DNA of 64,000 nt from a virus (IMGVR_UViG_3300028667_000050:1-64000); one strand, 5' to 3'; counted from the first letter of the stretch, positions 47,575 to 58,778 are shown. Translations and numbers: made by a program. The notes: generated by a model from the letters alone, not told the origin.

Positions 47575-50439
47575 ATGAAGGTAGAATTATTTCCATTTCA
47601 AAAAAGAGCTCTCGCTGACATTCGTATGAAAACAGCGGAAGCATTGGGCAGTTACCACAGAACCCATGCTCCGCAGGTAGTATCCTTTACTGCTCCTACT
47701 GGCGCAGGCAAAACAATCATTATGGCTTCTTTGATTGAAAGCCTTTTCTTTGGCGATGAGTCATACTCAGAACAGCAGAATGCCGTTGTTATTTGGCTTT
47801 CAGATTCTCCACAACTAAATGAACAATCAAAATTAAAAATCGATTCAAAGGCAGATAAAATTAGTCTTGGACAGTGTGTAACTGTTAGCGAAGATTCTTT
47901 TGACAAGGAGTTCTTTGAAGATGGGCATATATATTTTTTAAATACACAAAAGTTATCAAAAACATCAAACTTAACAAAGAATGGTGATGGTCGCTCCTAT
48001 ACCATTTGGCAAACCATCGCTAATACCATTCGCGAAAAAGGAAATCGTCTCTACTTCATTATAGATGAAGCCCATCGTGGTATGCAGGGACGAGAGGCTG
48101 GTAAAGCCACAACCATCATGCAAAAGTTCCTCAAAGGTAGTATTGAAGATGACATTCCTCCGATGCCAGTGGTAATTGGCATGTCTGCAACAACACAACG
48201 ATTCAATGCATTGGTTGAAGGAACTTCCTCCACAATCCATAAATTCGTAGTTTCAGCTGATGAAGTGCGTGCATCTGGCCTTTTAAAGGATAGAATTGTT
48301 ATTACCTATCCAGAAGAAGGTGCTGCGAATAAAGATATGGCTATACTGCAAGCAGCAGCGGATGACTGGAAAGAAAAATGGGATCATTGGACACAGTACT
48401 GCTATGAGCAACACTATGCTTATGTAAATCCCGTTTTAGTTGTACAAGTATTGAGTGGTAGTGGCAGCAATTTATCTGACACAGATTTGGATGATTGTTT
48501 AAGTAAAATAGAAGAACGTACTGGAATCAAATTTGAAGCAGGACAAGTTGTTCATACTTTCGGGCAGACAAACGCCTCTATTCAAATTAATGGTCTTGAA
48601 GTTTGCTATGAAGAGCCTTCTAGAATTGCTGAAGACCGAAATATACGTGTAGTGTTCTTTAAAGAAAGTCTTTCTACAGGATGGGATTGCCCTCGTGCTG
48701 AAACCATGATGTCATTCAAACACGCAAATGATGCAACCTATATTGCACAACTACTTGGGCGCATGGTTAGAACGCCAATGCAGATGCATATTCAAGTGGA
48801 TGATGTATTAAACGATGTCCATTTATATTTGCCATACTTCAATGAAGAAACTGTAAAGGAGGTTGTAGATGCATTGCAAAGTGCCGAAGGTGGTGACATT
48901 CCTACAGATATATATGGCGAATCGCTGACAGGCAGAAAATTTGAAACGCTAACTGTAAAGTCGAAGAATAAAAGAAAAATTCAGGAAATTCTCGGTCGAA
49001 TGTCTCTTGATGATTTCGACTCTGGTAATACTAATACTGATTTTAACATAAACAATGGTACACAAAAACCAATTAATACTACAACTCATGAAGCTAAGAA
49101 TATTTCACCAGAAGGTTCTGATACATCTAATGATGAAAAAAAATACACAGAAGAAACTACAGTAGTGCCAACTTCAAATACTATTGGCACATCTATGCTT
49201 ACAGAGACACAAAAAGATGTGCCAATCATCGAAAACAATGAAGCTACCATAAACACTGCTGAAGCTACTGAAGAACTATTTGACCGTGAAGCTGTAATGA
49301 AATTTATTAATGATGCTGGGCTTTTATCCTATGATGTTAGAGCTGTTCGCATTAGCAACTATTTAGTTTCTTTATTTAAAATGGCTCACCTACTCACTAT
49401 GTCTGGTCTTCAGCGTGAAGCGATTCGAGAAATCCAATCAGAAATCGTTCAAATGATATATGACCATGTTGAAATGCTCAAAGCCAAAGATAAATATGAC
49501 GATCTTGTCCTACAAGTAAAGCAATTTAAGTTGGTCACACAGATTTTTGATGCTTTTGGTGAAACAGTAGCCAATTATTCTGTACACGACCTATTCACAA
49601 CAACAGATTCTGATATCGACAGGCAATTTCGTGTAGCAGACAGTAAACTCTGCAACGAAGGCATTGGCAATGTATATGGTAATAAATACATGGATATAAA
49701 TAATCCAAGTGCTTTTAAAGTTGATGTTATTCTGTTTGTTGCAGACGTGGAATGCATGAATAGCCTTTACCAATATGCCGAGGCAAGATTTCACGGATTG
49801 AATGATGAATATCGTAGATACATTGCTACAGTTAATTCGGAAAAAATAAGAAAACAATATGATAGCATTGTCTCGGATGGTGATGACGTAAGTAAGCATA
49901 ACTTCAGACTTCCTGAAACAATTCAAGTTCCTTACGAAGATGGCGGAAAAGAATATGCAGATCATCTTTTTATAAACGATGCTTCGGGAGTCGCAAAGTT
50001 AAAGCTAAATACATGGGAAGAAGGAGTTATTTCGGAGGAAGAAAGACGAGATGATTTTGTATGCTGGATCCGCAACCCTTCTCGCGGTACATGGCCTCTT
50101 TGTATTCCATATGAGATAGATGCTATTCCTAAACGTACTTATCCGGATTTTATCATTATTAGAAAAGACAAAATTTCTAAATATGTTATTGATATTCTTG
50201 AACCACACAATCCGGAATTTAAAGACAATCTTGGCAAAGCAAAAGGATTTGCAGAATATGCCAGACAAAATCCCGGTGTTGGAAGAATTCAGCTTATTCG
50301 TATGTGCAAAGATGCTGCGGGAAATAATCGATTCAAACGTCTTGATATGTCCAAAAGTTCAGTCAGAGACAAAGTTTCTCGTGTAATGAGCAACGATGAA
50401 TTAGACCACGTATTTGATACTGATGGTTTCTTCGCGTGA
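47575..50439 (+). CDS. res: Type III R-M-like restriction helicase/endonuclease
   Basis: APTGAGKT, IIDEAH, GWDCPRAE, QLLGRMVR, C-terminal YPDFII..ILEPH nuclease motif. Confidence 0.85.
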   Translation: MKVELFPFQKRALADIRMKTAEALGSYHRTHAPQVVSFTAPTGAGKTIIMASLIESLFFGDESYSEQQNAVVIWLSDSPQLNEQSKLKIDSKADKISLGQCVTVSEDSFDKEFFEDGHIYFLNTQKLSKTSNLTKNGDGRSYTIWQTIANTIREKGNRLYFIIDEAHRGMQGREAGKATTIMQKFLKGSIEDDIPPMPVVIGMSATTQRFNALVEGTSSTIHKFVVSADEVRASGLLKDRIVITYPEEGAANKDMAILQAAADDWKEKWDHWTQYCYEQHYAYVNPVLVVQVLSGSGSNLSDTDLDDCLSKIEERTGIKFEAGQVVHTFGQTNASIQINGLEVCYEEPSRIAEDRNIRVVFFKESLSTGWDCPRAETMMSFKHANDATYIAQLLGRMVRTPMQMHIQVDDVLNDVHLYLPYFNEETVKEVVDALQSAEGGDIPTDIYGESLTGRKFETLTVKSKNKRKIQEILGRMSLDDFDSGNTNTDFNINNGTQKPINTTTHEAKNISPEGSDTSNDEKKYTEETTVVPTSNTIGTSMLTETQKDVPIIENNEATINTAEATEELFDREAVMKFINDAGLLSYDVRAVRISNYLVSLFKMAHLLTMSGLQREAIREIQSEIVQMIYDHVEMLKAKDKYDDLVLQVKQFKLVTQIFDAFGETVANYSVHDLFTTTDSDIDRQFRVADSKLCNEGIGNVYGNKYMDINNPSAFKVDVILFVADVECMNSLYQYAEARFHGLNDEYRRYIATVNSEKIRKQYDSIVSDGDDVSKHNFRLPETIQVPYEDGGKEYADHLFINDASGVAKLKLNTWEEGVISEEERRDDFVCWIRNPSRGTWPLCIPYEIDAIPKRTYPDFIIIRKDKISKYVIDILEPHNPEFKDNLGKAKGFAEYARQNPGVGRIQLIRMCKDAAGNNRFKRLDMSKSSVRDKVSRVMSNDELDHVFDTDGFFA

Positions 50440-50749
50440 TGTGGTACAGTTAAAACCAGTAAGGTGTTTATATCAAGGATAGAAGCTGACGCTTTATGAT
50501 GATTAGCTCGGAATTCTACTACGAGGAATTCCTCAACTGTAAAAGTAAAAACGTATTAAATAAAACATTTTACGTAGTTACAAGCATGAAAATATTTTCT
50601 TATTTATAGTTTTAAAAACCGGTCATTAAGCAAAACATATTGCTCTATAGCTCGAGTTTATGGGAAAAGGGACATAAATTTCTAAAACTCGTAAATTTAA
50701 AAGCACGATTTTATGCGCCTTACAGCCTTCCATATTTTCAGAATTAACT

Positions 50750-51027
50750 GTTGAAATGTTCCCACAAGCGCTAAATAGCGTAATTTTAAGACGTTAAATG
50801 CGAGAGCTCGTTCCAAGTGGGCAAGATGGATGTCAAGGGAATATGTCGACTGTAAAAGTATAAAGAAGTATCAAAAAGCACATTTTTACTTAGTTTTAAG
50901 TGAGGAAATATTCCCCAAGAGCGTTTTGGAAATGTTTCCTCATTTATAGCCCCAAAAACCGGACATCAAGCGAAACGTATCGTTCCATGTTGAGACGGTA
51001 GTATTGATGTCAAGGGTAAAAGAATAA
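50750..51027 (+). other. Cluster of rlmD(rumA) 3'-end-like attachment-site scars
   Basis: VEMFPQ (50750), EEIFPK (50902), LEMFPH (50926) and HVETVVLMSRVKE* (50986-51027), resembling RlmD VDMFP.T.HVE.V. Confidence 0.7.
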
Positions 51028-51152
51028 GGGTAATAAGAAGCCTGTAAATAAAGGCTTTCCGGGGGTTTAGAGCAAAAATCTGATTTGTTAGAATCGTGAA
51101 AATATCTGTTCGTGGGAACAAGTCCAAAGGTATGATTTTGAACGTGACAGAG

Positions 51153-51220
51153 CGATTTAGATAACATGGGTTTGCGTGTGGTCGATTTAGATTACATCGG
51201 CTTGCAGTGGTCAATTTAGA
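51153..51220 (+). repeat. Imperfect 29-30-bp tandem repeat (2.3 units, core ATTTAGAT)
   Basis: cgatttagataacatgggtttgcgtgtggt / cgatttagattacatcggcttgcagtggt / caatttagat. Confidence 0.75.
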
Positions 51221-51272
51221 TGTTTTACATATTTACACCTTTGCAGTATGCTTGTTATAAAGGTGGGGGAGA

Positions 51273-52496
51273 ATGGAGGTATTCCTATTGCAATTTTTTG
51301 ATAGTTTATACAACTTGATTAACATCGATGTCAAAACAACAATTCTCATCTTGTTCTGGGGCAATTTGTTCTTTCTGATGATGGCATTTGCTTTTTTAAT
51401 AAGCAACACTCACATATCTGAGAAGGAGCTGTTTAAAAAATTTATCTTTTCCAAACTGGTGCAGGCTCTGGGTTGGATTGCTTTCGCATTTCGGGGACAA
51501 ATCCCTGAAATAGTTTCGGTAAACTTGGGTAATTCACTTCTTTATTTTGGGTTTTATCTTGAGTCCATGGCTTTGATTACGATAACAAAGGACATCACAT
51601 CAATTATTAATCGGATTCAATTCGGGATAATGTTAGCTGGGGTTGTCACTTTCAATTTTATAGTTATATGTGGTGCATCACCTAGTTATTGGGTGGGTGT
51701 AGCGTCAGTAATTATAATATCCATATATCTGATCCCTGCCATTGCCTATGTTTTTAACAAAAACGGCAGCCAGTTCAAACGATTTCTGGGAAGTTTACAA
51801 CTAATGATATGCATTGCGATGGTGTTCCGAGCAACAATAGGTTTTATGAATAAAAGTGTATCACTATTATCAAACAATTTTGTGCAATCGGTCACATTTT
51901 TGATTTTTATATTTTTAATGATGATTAACAGCAGCGGATTCATGTTAATGATATACGAAAGCGTTAATGACCAATTAAAAAAACTTGCCAACATGGATCC
52001 CTTGACACATGTAAAAAACCGAAGAAATTTTATGGAAACCGCTTCAACTTATTTTAGTTTTTGCAAGCGTCAGAATTTGCCATTGTCTTTTCTTTTCATC
52101 GATATCGACTATTTCAAAAAAATTAATGACCAATTTGGACATCAGGTAGGAGATGAAGCACTAATTCAAACTGCAGAAATTATATCAAAAAACATTCGCG
52201 AATCAGATATTTGCGGCAGATATGGCGGGGAGGAGTTTGTCGTTTTGCTTCCCGATACCGATTGTCAGACGGGAATCGAAGTGGGTAACCGGATTAGAAA
52301 AATTATAGAAAATACTCCTTTTCATGAGAAGGACACCATAAAATTCACTGTTAGCATAGGATTGTTTTCTGATATTCCTAAAACAGATGGCGATTTGGAT
52401 AAATTCATAGCCAACAGCGATAATGCCATGTATAAAGCAAAAAGGACAGGCAGAAACCGCTTGTGCGTCTATGATCCGACTTTTGTGACAGATTGA
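51273..52496 (+). CDS. Membrane-bound diguanylate cyclase
   Basis: Multiple TM helices; DPLTHVKNRR, DIDYFKKINDQFGHQVGD, RESD I-site, GRYGGEEF. Confidence 0.93.
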   Translation: MEVFLLQFFDSLYNLINIDVKTTILILFWGNLFFLMMAFAFLISNTHISEKELFKKFIFSKLVQALGWIAFAFRGQIPEIVSVNLGNSLLYFGFYLESMALITITKDITSIINRIQFGIMLAGVVTFNFIVICGASPSYWVGVASVIIISIYLIPAIAYVFNKNGSQFKRFLGSLQLMICIAMVFRATIGFMNKSVSLLSNNFVQSVTFLIFIFLMMINSSGFMLMIYESVNDQLKKLANMDPLTHVKNRRNFMETASTYFSFCKRQNLPLSFLFIDIDYFKKINDQFGHQVGDEALIQTAEIISKNIRESDICGRYGGEEFVVLLPDTDCQTGIEVGNRIRKIIENTPFHEKDTIKFTVSIGLFSDIPKTDGDLDKFIANSDNAMYKAKRTGRNRLCVYDPTFVTD

Positions 52497-52541
52497 TGAT
52501 ATTTTAAATCCTATGGGATATTAGACAATCAAGTGAAACAA

Positions 52542-52580
52542 TAAAAAAGCTCTGCCGACCGTAATGGTTAGCAGAGTTTC
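52542..52580. terminator. Terminator after the recombinase operon / GGDEF gene
   Basis: aaaaaagctctgccgacc-gtaat-ggttagcagagttt. Confidence 0.7.
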
Positions 52581-52596
52581 GTGTTATATGGAATTA

Positions 52597-54160
52597 TTAC
52601 TCAATATCCACCATCAAGCCGGACTTAAATTCCACGGTGAATTTGTCCTCGTAGACAGTGACCTTTTCAATCAGCCGCCTGACAAGCGTCTCGTCATATT
52701 GGGCTAGGCCAATTGGTTGCTCCTTAAGAAATGCGCTCATGTCGGTGATACGTTTTTGCATTTCATCCCGGCCGAGGTTCTCGACCTGAGCCTTTTGCTT
52801 CTCCTCACGTAGGCGATAGATTTCATCGCCGACCTTCTCGTAGTCAGCCTTTGAGCTGGCGAGCTTCAAGAGCTCTGCTTGAAGTTCTGTAAGCCGTTTA
52901 TCGATTGCGGTAAGGGTATGACTGTTTTCGTGACAAATTACGGTTTCAATATTTTTCTGCAGCGTGATGAGAAAATGGTCTTTATCACATAATGCTTGAT
53001 TGATGGCCGTGACCATCACTTGCTCTAAGGTGCTCTCAAGTACCGTTCGGGCCTCGCAGAACAAGCCTGTGTTTTCTAGACGGCTGACGCACCTCCAGAC
53101 TATGGACTTCTTACCTCGGTTGTTCCAGTGGACCCTCCGGAACACCTCACCGCAGCCGCCACAGATAATCATGTTAGAGAAACAGTGAATGCAACTGAAG
53201 GTCCTGTTCTTGCCGTTCGGGCTGGTATGGACGATGCGGCGTTGGATGAGCTCTTCCTGCACCTGCATGAATATTTCACGCGGGATAATGGCTTCGTGGC
53301 TATTTTCTACATAATACTGCGGTACGACGCCGTGGTTCTTTACTCGAGTCTTTGTGAGGAAGTCCGTAGTATAGGTTTTCTGCAACAGGGCATCTCCAAT
53401 ATACTTTTCGTTTCGCAAAATCTGATTGATATTGCTGGTATGCCATTTTTCATTTCCAGCACCATTAAGAATGCCGTCTGCTTCAAGACCACGCTTGATT
53501 TTCAGCATGCTGGCACCTTCGAGGTATTCCCGGTAGATGCGCTTTATGATTTCTGCTTCCTCAGGGACAACGATCAGGCGCTTATTATCATCCTTTGTAA
53601 ACCCGAGGAAGCGGTTGCAGTTGACCTGGATTTCGCCCTGCTGGTAGCGGTACTGAAGCCCCAGCTTCACGTTCTGGCTGAGGGGACTGGCTTTCCTGTT
53701 GTGCAAGAGAAGCCATAATGGTGAGCATGACCTCGCCCTTGGAATCCATGGAGTTGATGTTTTCCTTTTCGAAGTAAACCGGGATATTCTTGTCCTTGAG
53801 CTGCCGGATGTATTGCAGGCAGTCAAGAGTATTGCGGGCAAATCGGCTGATGGATTTGGTGATGACCATGTCGATGTTACCGGCCATACACTCGTCGATC
53901 ATACGGTTGAATTCCGTACGCTTCTTTGTGTTGGTGCCGGAGATGCCGTCATCGGCGAAGATTCCTGCCAGCTGCCAGTCTGGATTTTTGGCAATATAGT
54001 CGGTATAGTGTTCGATCTGCGCCGCATAGCTGGAGGCCTGTTCTTCGCTATCTGTGCTGACGCGGCAGTAGGCTGCGACACGAAGCTTTGGCCGTTCTTC
54101 TTCCAGAATATTATTTCCCATACGTCGCTTTGCTGGAATAATCATGACTTTGGACTCCAT
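52597..54160 (-). CDS. Large serine recombinase (frameshift near 53680)
   Basis: [55 protein letters not shown]. Confidence 0.92.
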
Positions 54161-54575
54161 TAGCTCACCTCCGTTTTTATCAGGCTGTAGAGATATTCTG
54201 CTTGCAGCAAGGGATTGATTTCTTCTACTGTAGGTTCGAGCATATAAAAGTGATTCGGAATTTTGGCACTATCGGAGCTTTGGCCTTATTAAGCCGGCCT
54301 AGTTTTTCCGCGCGTTTAATCAGCATAGCGGCGGCCTGATCAAAGATCTTTTCGTCCAGAATAGCTGGATAAAAGGCATCGCCGAGATAATGCCGATTTT
54401 GTAGGACCCGTTTGGCGGATCCATGGTAAGGCGTAAAGCCGGCTTTCTTTGCCGCGGCTGTGAGCCCCATGCCGGCCAGGTAGTCGGCAAAAAATTGTTT
54501 CACAGCGTCTGCCGTGGTATCGTCTATTACGGCTACGCCGTTTTCCAGGCGGTAGCCATAGGGAATAAGCTTCAT
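54160..54575 (-). CDS. Small recombinase-domain protein (frameshift near 54240)
   Basis: [10 protein letters not shown]...[17 protein letters not shown]; homologous to 1-417. Confidence 0.8.
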
Positions 54576-54579
54576 AAAA

Positions 54580-56135
54580 TCAAATCCTTTCGCGTAGGGT
54601 AAGGCCGCACTTGAGTTGAAAGCCGACTTCCTGGCGGTTGTATATAATGACCTTCACGGCATATTCTTCAAAAAAGCTTTCCTTGAAGCTATGCTGGATG
54701 GGCGTGTGCAGCGTGAAATATAAGAGCCGTTTAAGCTCCGCCAACTGCTCGGTACTTTTGCCACCGCTCTTTTGCAGGGCCGTAAGTTCTTTATTGTAGG
54801 TGTTCGCCTGTGTTTGCAGCTCATTGCTTTGCTGTGTAAAAATGACCTGATCCAGATACTTATCAGCCATCAGGCGCTGTAGCGTATGCTTCTGTTCCGT
54901 GATTTTCATTAGCTCAGTTTCCAGTTCTCGGATGCGGTGGATCGTATCATCGGCACTGTAGATTTTCATCTTTTCAATCAAGGGTGTCAGGATAATCTTC
55001 CGGGCGTAGATGAGTTTATTAATCATGGCCGCAAAGGCTGCTTCTAATTGGTCGTTGCGGATATAGAGCATGGAGCAGGCGTTTTTATCTTGAATGTGCG
55101 TGTTGCAGCACCAAGCGACGTAGCGATTACCGGTGCTGGCATGGATGCGCCGACGAAAGGTGTCCCCACATTCGCTACAGATGATTTTTCCAGAAAAGGC
55201 ATAGTGATTATTATGCTTAGGATCGCCTTTTTTATTGCCCTTTTCCTGGCGGTGCTGTGCGAGTAGCTTCTGCGCCTGCGCAAAGCTTTCATGGCTGATA
55301 ATTGCATCATGGTGCGCAGCATAGAAATATTGATCACGCTCGCCAGTATTGACCTTTTTCTTATAGCTGTCGTCCATATAGGTCTTTTGAAAAATGGCAT
55401 CACCGGTATACTTCTCATTGATGAGAATATTGGTAATGGCTGCATGCTGCCATTTATTCTTGCGTTTGGTAAGAATACCGCGGTTATTCAGTTTTCGGAT
55501 GATACTCCTGACGCTCTTGCCGACAAGGTAGTCGGCAAATATTTCTTTCACTACAGCGGCCTGTTCAGGATTTACGCGTAGCTCTTTCCCGTCCCAATCA
55601 TAGCCATAGGGTGGGTAGCTTAGTTTATAGTTTCCCTTTTTGAAGCGTTGCCTGATTGACCACTTGATGTTTTTGGATGTGGAAGCAGATTCATCTTGGG
55701 CCAGTGAGCTCATGATGGAGAGAAGTAGCTCGCTTTCCATGGTCTGTGTATTCAAATTTTCCTTCTCAAAGTAGATGGGGATATTCAGTTCCTGAAGGTG
55801 CCGTACAATCTCCAGGCAATCCGTTGTATTGCGAAAGAGGCGACTGAGCGACTTCGTGACGACCAGATCAATTTGCCGGCTTTCACAATCGGCGAGAAGT
55901 TTCAGGAGGCCGGCCCGCTGATTCATCTTGGTGCCCGTGATGCCTTCATCAAAATATATATCAGCCAGTTCCCAATCACTACGGGCATTGATATAGTTTT
56001 TGTAGTAGCTCCTTTGGGTATCCAGACTCTCGAGCTGTGCATCGCTAGCCGTAGATACACGGCAATATGCCGCTACACGTAGTTTTTTCGTTTGGCTGGT
56101 GTTTCTACTGGCGGAATGGTAGTCATCTTTTTCAA
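54580..56135 (-). CDS. Large serine recombinase (frameshift in the A-run near 56090)
   Basis: Reconstructed [20 protein letters not shown]; VTKSLSRLFRN; CSECG; FQLKCGLTLRERI; orthologue of 422-1980. Confidence 0.92.
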
Positions 56136-56184
56136 CGGGTTCATCTCCTTCGGTAGTATCACATATTACCTCTGAATGAGATGA

Positions 56185-56430
56185 TTAGCCAGTTGTATTT
56201 TGCATAATTTCAAATAAAAATGGCCGGAAGGTTTCCCGGTTGAGCTGTGCGATTTCACTGAACTCCTGTGCAGATAGCAGGTCAGCTTCCCGTAAGGCAT
56301 GGAGAAGTTCTTGGGCTTTGTGGTAGCCACAATCACGTTGCAACTGTTCGTTGGTGGGGCCCGTTGGCTTTTCAGTGAGTTGCAGGGGATTTTTTGTTAA
56401 TGGCTGTAGAATTTTTTGTACGTTGTTCAT
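56185..56430 (-). CDS. Small SHOCT-like protein
   Basis: LLSAQEFSEIAQLNRETFRPFL; homologous to 2022-2231. Confidence 0.65.
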   Translation of the reverse strand: MNNVQKILQPLTKNPLQLTEKPTGPTNEQLQRDCGYHKAQELLHALREADLLSAQEFSEIAQLNRETFRPFLFEIMQNTTG

Positions 56431-56455
56431 AGGATCCTCCAATCTGAAGGTTACC

Positions 56456-56629
56456 CTTCACTATCCTATGGAGCTGAAGGCATGCTTTTGACGAAAAATA
56501 TATCAATTTATTTTTAGAGACGTTTTGCTTCGGCAAGCGTCTTTTTTTTCCCTTATAAGAGTGCGCCGAGCTTTTGAAAAAATTTAAAAACCTTTCGTCA
56601 AAATGGGCGTCTGACCTCCAGTGGATAGT
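56456..56629. promoter_or_regulatory. Back-to-back CGTCAAAA-N11-nCTCC motifs with an intervening terminator-like hairpin
   Basis: ttttgacg 56486-56493; cgtcaaaa 56596-56603; agacgttttgc-ttcg-gcaagcgtct plus T-run between. Confidence 0.75.
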
Positions 56630-56672
56630 GGGAAGCGAAAAACAGCATAACACTTCCAGGGGAGGTGAGAAG

Positions 56673-56849
56673 ATGCGTCCCAAGATCGATAGACAAGAAA
56701 ATATGGTAGAAGTACTGCTGGCGATCAGTGTGGTGTCGGCTAGGCTGGCACATAGCTTAAGCGCCGTCAAGGTACAGAAAGGAGAAAATTATCATGCAAG
56801 ATTTAACAGAAGCAATAGCCAAACTGCATGCTGCTGTTGCCGCTATTGA
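56673..56849 (+). CDS. Small hypothetical protein
   Basis: Homologue of 2480-2677. Confidence 0.6.
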   Translation: MRPKIDRQENMVEVLLAISVVSARLAHSLSAVKVQKGENYHARFNRSNSQTACCCCRY

Positions 56850-57078
56850 AAGCGTAGCCGATGGATTGACGAAGCTTTTCGAGGAGAAGAAGCCTGAGCA
56901 GTCAGCGATAACCTTGGTTCAGGTTCGCAGTGTGCTGGCAGAAAAATCTCGGCTGGGATACACAGAGCAGGTAAAGGCTTTGCTGCAGAAGCATGGCGGA
57001 GAAAAGCTTTCAGAGCTTGATTCCAGTGAATATCCGGCGCTTATAAAGGAAGCGGAGGTGCTTGGCGATGCCAGCTAA
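56794..57078 (+). CDS. Conserved phage protein
   Basis: Homologue of 2622-2924. Confidence 0.75.
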   Translation: MQDLTEAIAKLHAAVAAIESVADGLTKLFEEKKPEQSAITLVQVRSVLAEKSRLGYTEQVKALLQKHGGEKLSELDSSEYPALIKEAEVLGDAS

Positions 57079-58213
57079 AGAACATGCGGTGCTTGCTGCA
57101 TCTTCCGCAAATCGGTGGCTGCATTGTCCACCCTCAGTAAAGCTGTGTGAAGGCTCTGGTCGAGAAGAGCTGGTCAGCGAATATGCGGTCGAGGGAACAG
57201 AAGCCCATGCACTAGGCGAGTTCAAGCTGCTGAAAGCGCTCGGGCGAAAAGCAATGAATCCAACAAAGAAGCTCAAGTTCTACAATGAAGAAATGGAAAA
57301 CTGTACAGATGGTTACCGCGATTTTGTCATGGAAACCGTGGAACAGGCGAAGCTCAGTTCACCAGACCCTATTATATTGGTAGAACAACGGGTGGATTTC
57401 TCGTCTTGGGTACCAAAAGGCTTTGGAACTGCTGATGCTTTGGTCATCGCAGATGGTACGCTCAGCATTTGTGATTATAAGCATGGTCAGGGCATTATGG
57501 TAGATGCTACGGACAATCCGCAGCTCAAATGCTACGCCCTCGGTGCCTTGGCCATGTTTGATGTGCTCTACGATATCGCGAAGGTTCGCTTGGCGATTTA
57601 TCAGCCAAGGCGCGAAAACGTCAGCGTCTTTGAGATGGATAAAAGCGTTCTATACGAATGGGCCAATGCTGTTTTAAAGCCAACTGCTGCCTTGGCTTTT
57701 GTCGGCAAAGGAGACTTTCACTGCGGTGAATGGTGTCGTTTCTGTAAGGCAAAGTGTATATGCCGGGCTCGTGCAGAAGCTAATCTGCTCTTAGCACAGC
57801 ATGATTTTAGGTTGCCGTCAACCTTGGTGGAAGCAGAGATAGAAGTCATTCTTTCCAAGGTAGATGAACTGTCTGTCTGGGCCAACGATGTGAAGGACTA
57901 TGCATTGCAGCAAGCTATATCTGGGAAAGAGTGGAAGGGCTGGAAACTGGTTGAGGGGCGCTCGACACGGCGGTATACCAGTGACTCCGTAGTTACGCAA
58001 GTCGTGACAGAGGCTGGCTTTGATCCGTACGAAAAGAAGCTCCTGGGTATTACGGCCATGCAGAAGCTTTTAGGAAAACAGCGTTTTGAGGAATTGCTCA
58101 AGGCCTATATTGAAAAACCACCGGGTAAGCCAACGTTAGTGCCGGAAAGTGATAAACGTCCGGCTATCAATAATGCAAAATTTGATTTTATGGAGGAAAA
58201 GAATCATGAGTAA
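57068..58213 (+). CDS. DUF2800 exonuclease
   Basis: HAVLAASSANRWLHCPPS, GFGTADAL, DYKHG. Confidence 0.88.
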   Translation: MPAKEHAVLAASSANRWLHCPPSVKLCEGSGREELVSEYAVEGTEAHALGEFKLLKALGRKAMNPTKKLKFYNEEMENCTDGYRDFVMETVEQAKLSSPDPIILVEQRVDFSSWVPKGFGTADALVIADGTLSICDYKHGQGIMVDATDNPQLKCYALGALAMFDVLYDIAKVRLAIYQPRRENVSVFEMDKSVLYEWANAVLKPTAALAFVGKGDFHCGEWCRFCKAKCICRARAEANLLLAQHDFRLPSTLVEAEIEVILSKVDELSVWANDVKDYALQQAISGKEWKGWKLVEGRSTRRYTSDSVVTQVVTEAGFDPYEKKLLGITAMQKLLGKQRFEELLKAYIEKPPGKPTLVPESDKRPAINNAKFDFMEEKNHE

Positions 58214-58778
58214 AACTGTTAAAAATACCAATCCAATGAAGGTCATCACCGGACCAGCTACGCGCTGGAGTTATGCCAATGTCTGGGAACCAAAGTCAAT
58301 CAATGGTGGAGCCCCAAAATTCAGTGTGAGTCTAATTATCCCGAAGAGCGATACGAAGACCGTAGAAAAACTGAGGGCTGCGATTGAGGCTGCCTATAAA
58401 GAAGGCGAAACCAAGCTCAAAGGCAATGGTCGTTCCGTCCCGCCTTTGGCAGCTATCAAGAATCCGCTGCGTGATGGTGATGTAGAGCGTCCGGATGATG
58501 CAGCCTATGCCAATGCGTACTTTGTGAATGCGAACGCTACGACAGCGCCTGGTATCGTCGATGCAGATTGCAATCCAATCCTCCAGCGCTCAGAGGTATA
58601 TTCCGGCGTGTATGGACGTGCCAGCATCAGCTTCTATGCTTTCAATAGTTCTGGGAATAAAGGGATTGCCTGTGGACTCAATAATTTGCAGAAACTTCGC
58701 GATGGGGATCCTTTAGGCGGCAAAGCAAGTGCAGAGGCAGATTTTGCCACGGCTGCAGATGAAGATTTCTTGAACTAA
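58206..58778 (+). CDS. DUF2815 ssDNA-binding protein
   Basis: WSYANVWEPKS...GIACGLNNLQK...DEDFLN. Confidence 0.9.
   Translation: MSKTVKNTNPMKVITGPATRWSYANVWEPKSINGGAPKFSVSLIIPKSDTKTVEKLRAAIEAAYKEGETKLKGNGRSVPPLAAIKNPLRDGDVERPDDAAYANAYFVNANATTAPGIVDADCNPILQRSEVYSGVYGRASISFYAFNSSGNKGIACGLNNLQKLRDGDPLGGKASAEADFATAADEDFLN

Larger units (their letters stand above)
1..51030. mobile_element. Prophage-like element 1 (serine-recombinase siphovirus with defence cargo); left end lies outside the window
   Basis: Continuous recombinase, replication, packaging, head, tail, lysis, regulator and defence modules; right boundary placed at the rlmD-like scars (50750-51027). Confidence 0.85.

Noticed and set aside
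51153-51220. ATTTAGAT repeats as a CRISPR array
   Set aside because: Units are contiguous with no unique spacers, only about 2.3 copies, and no cas genes; the DUF2800 proteins are phage exonucleases
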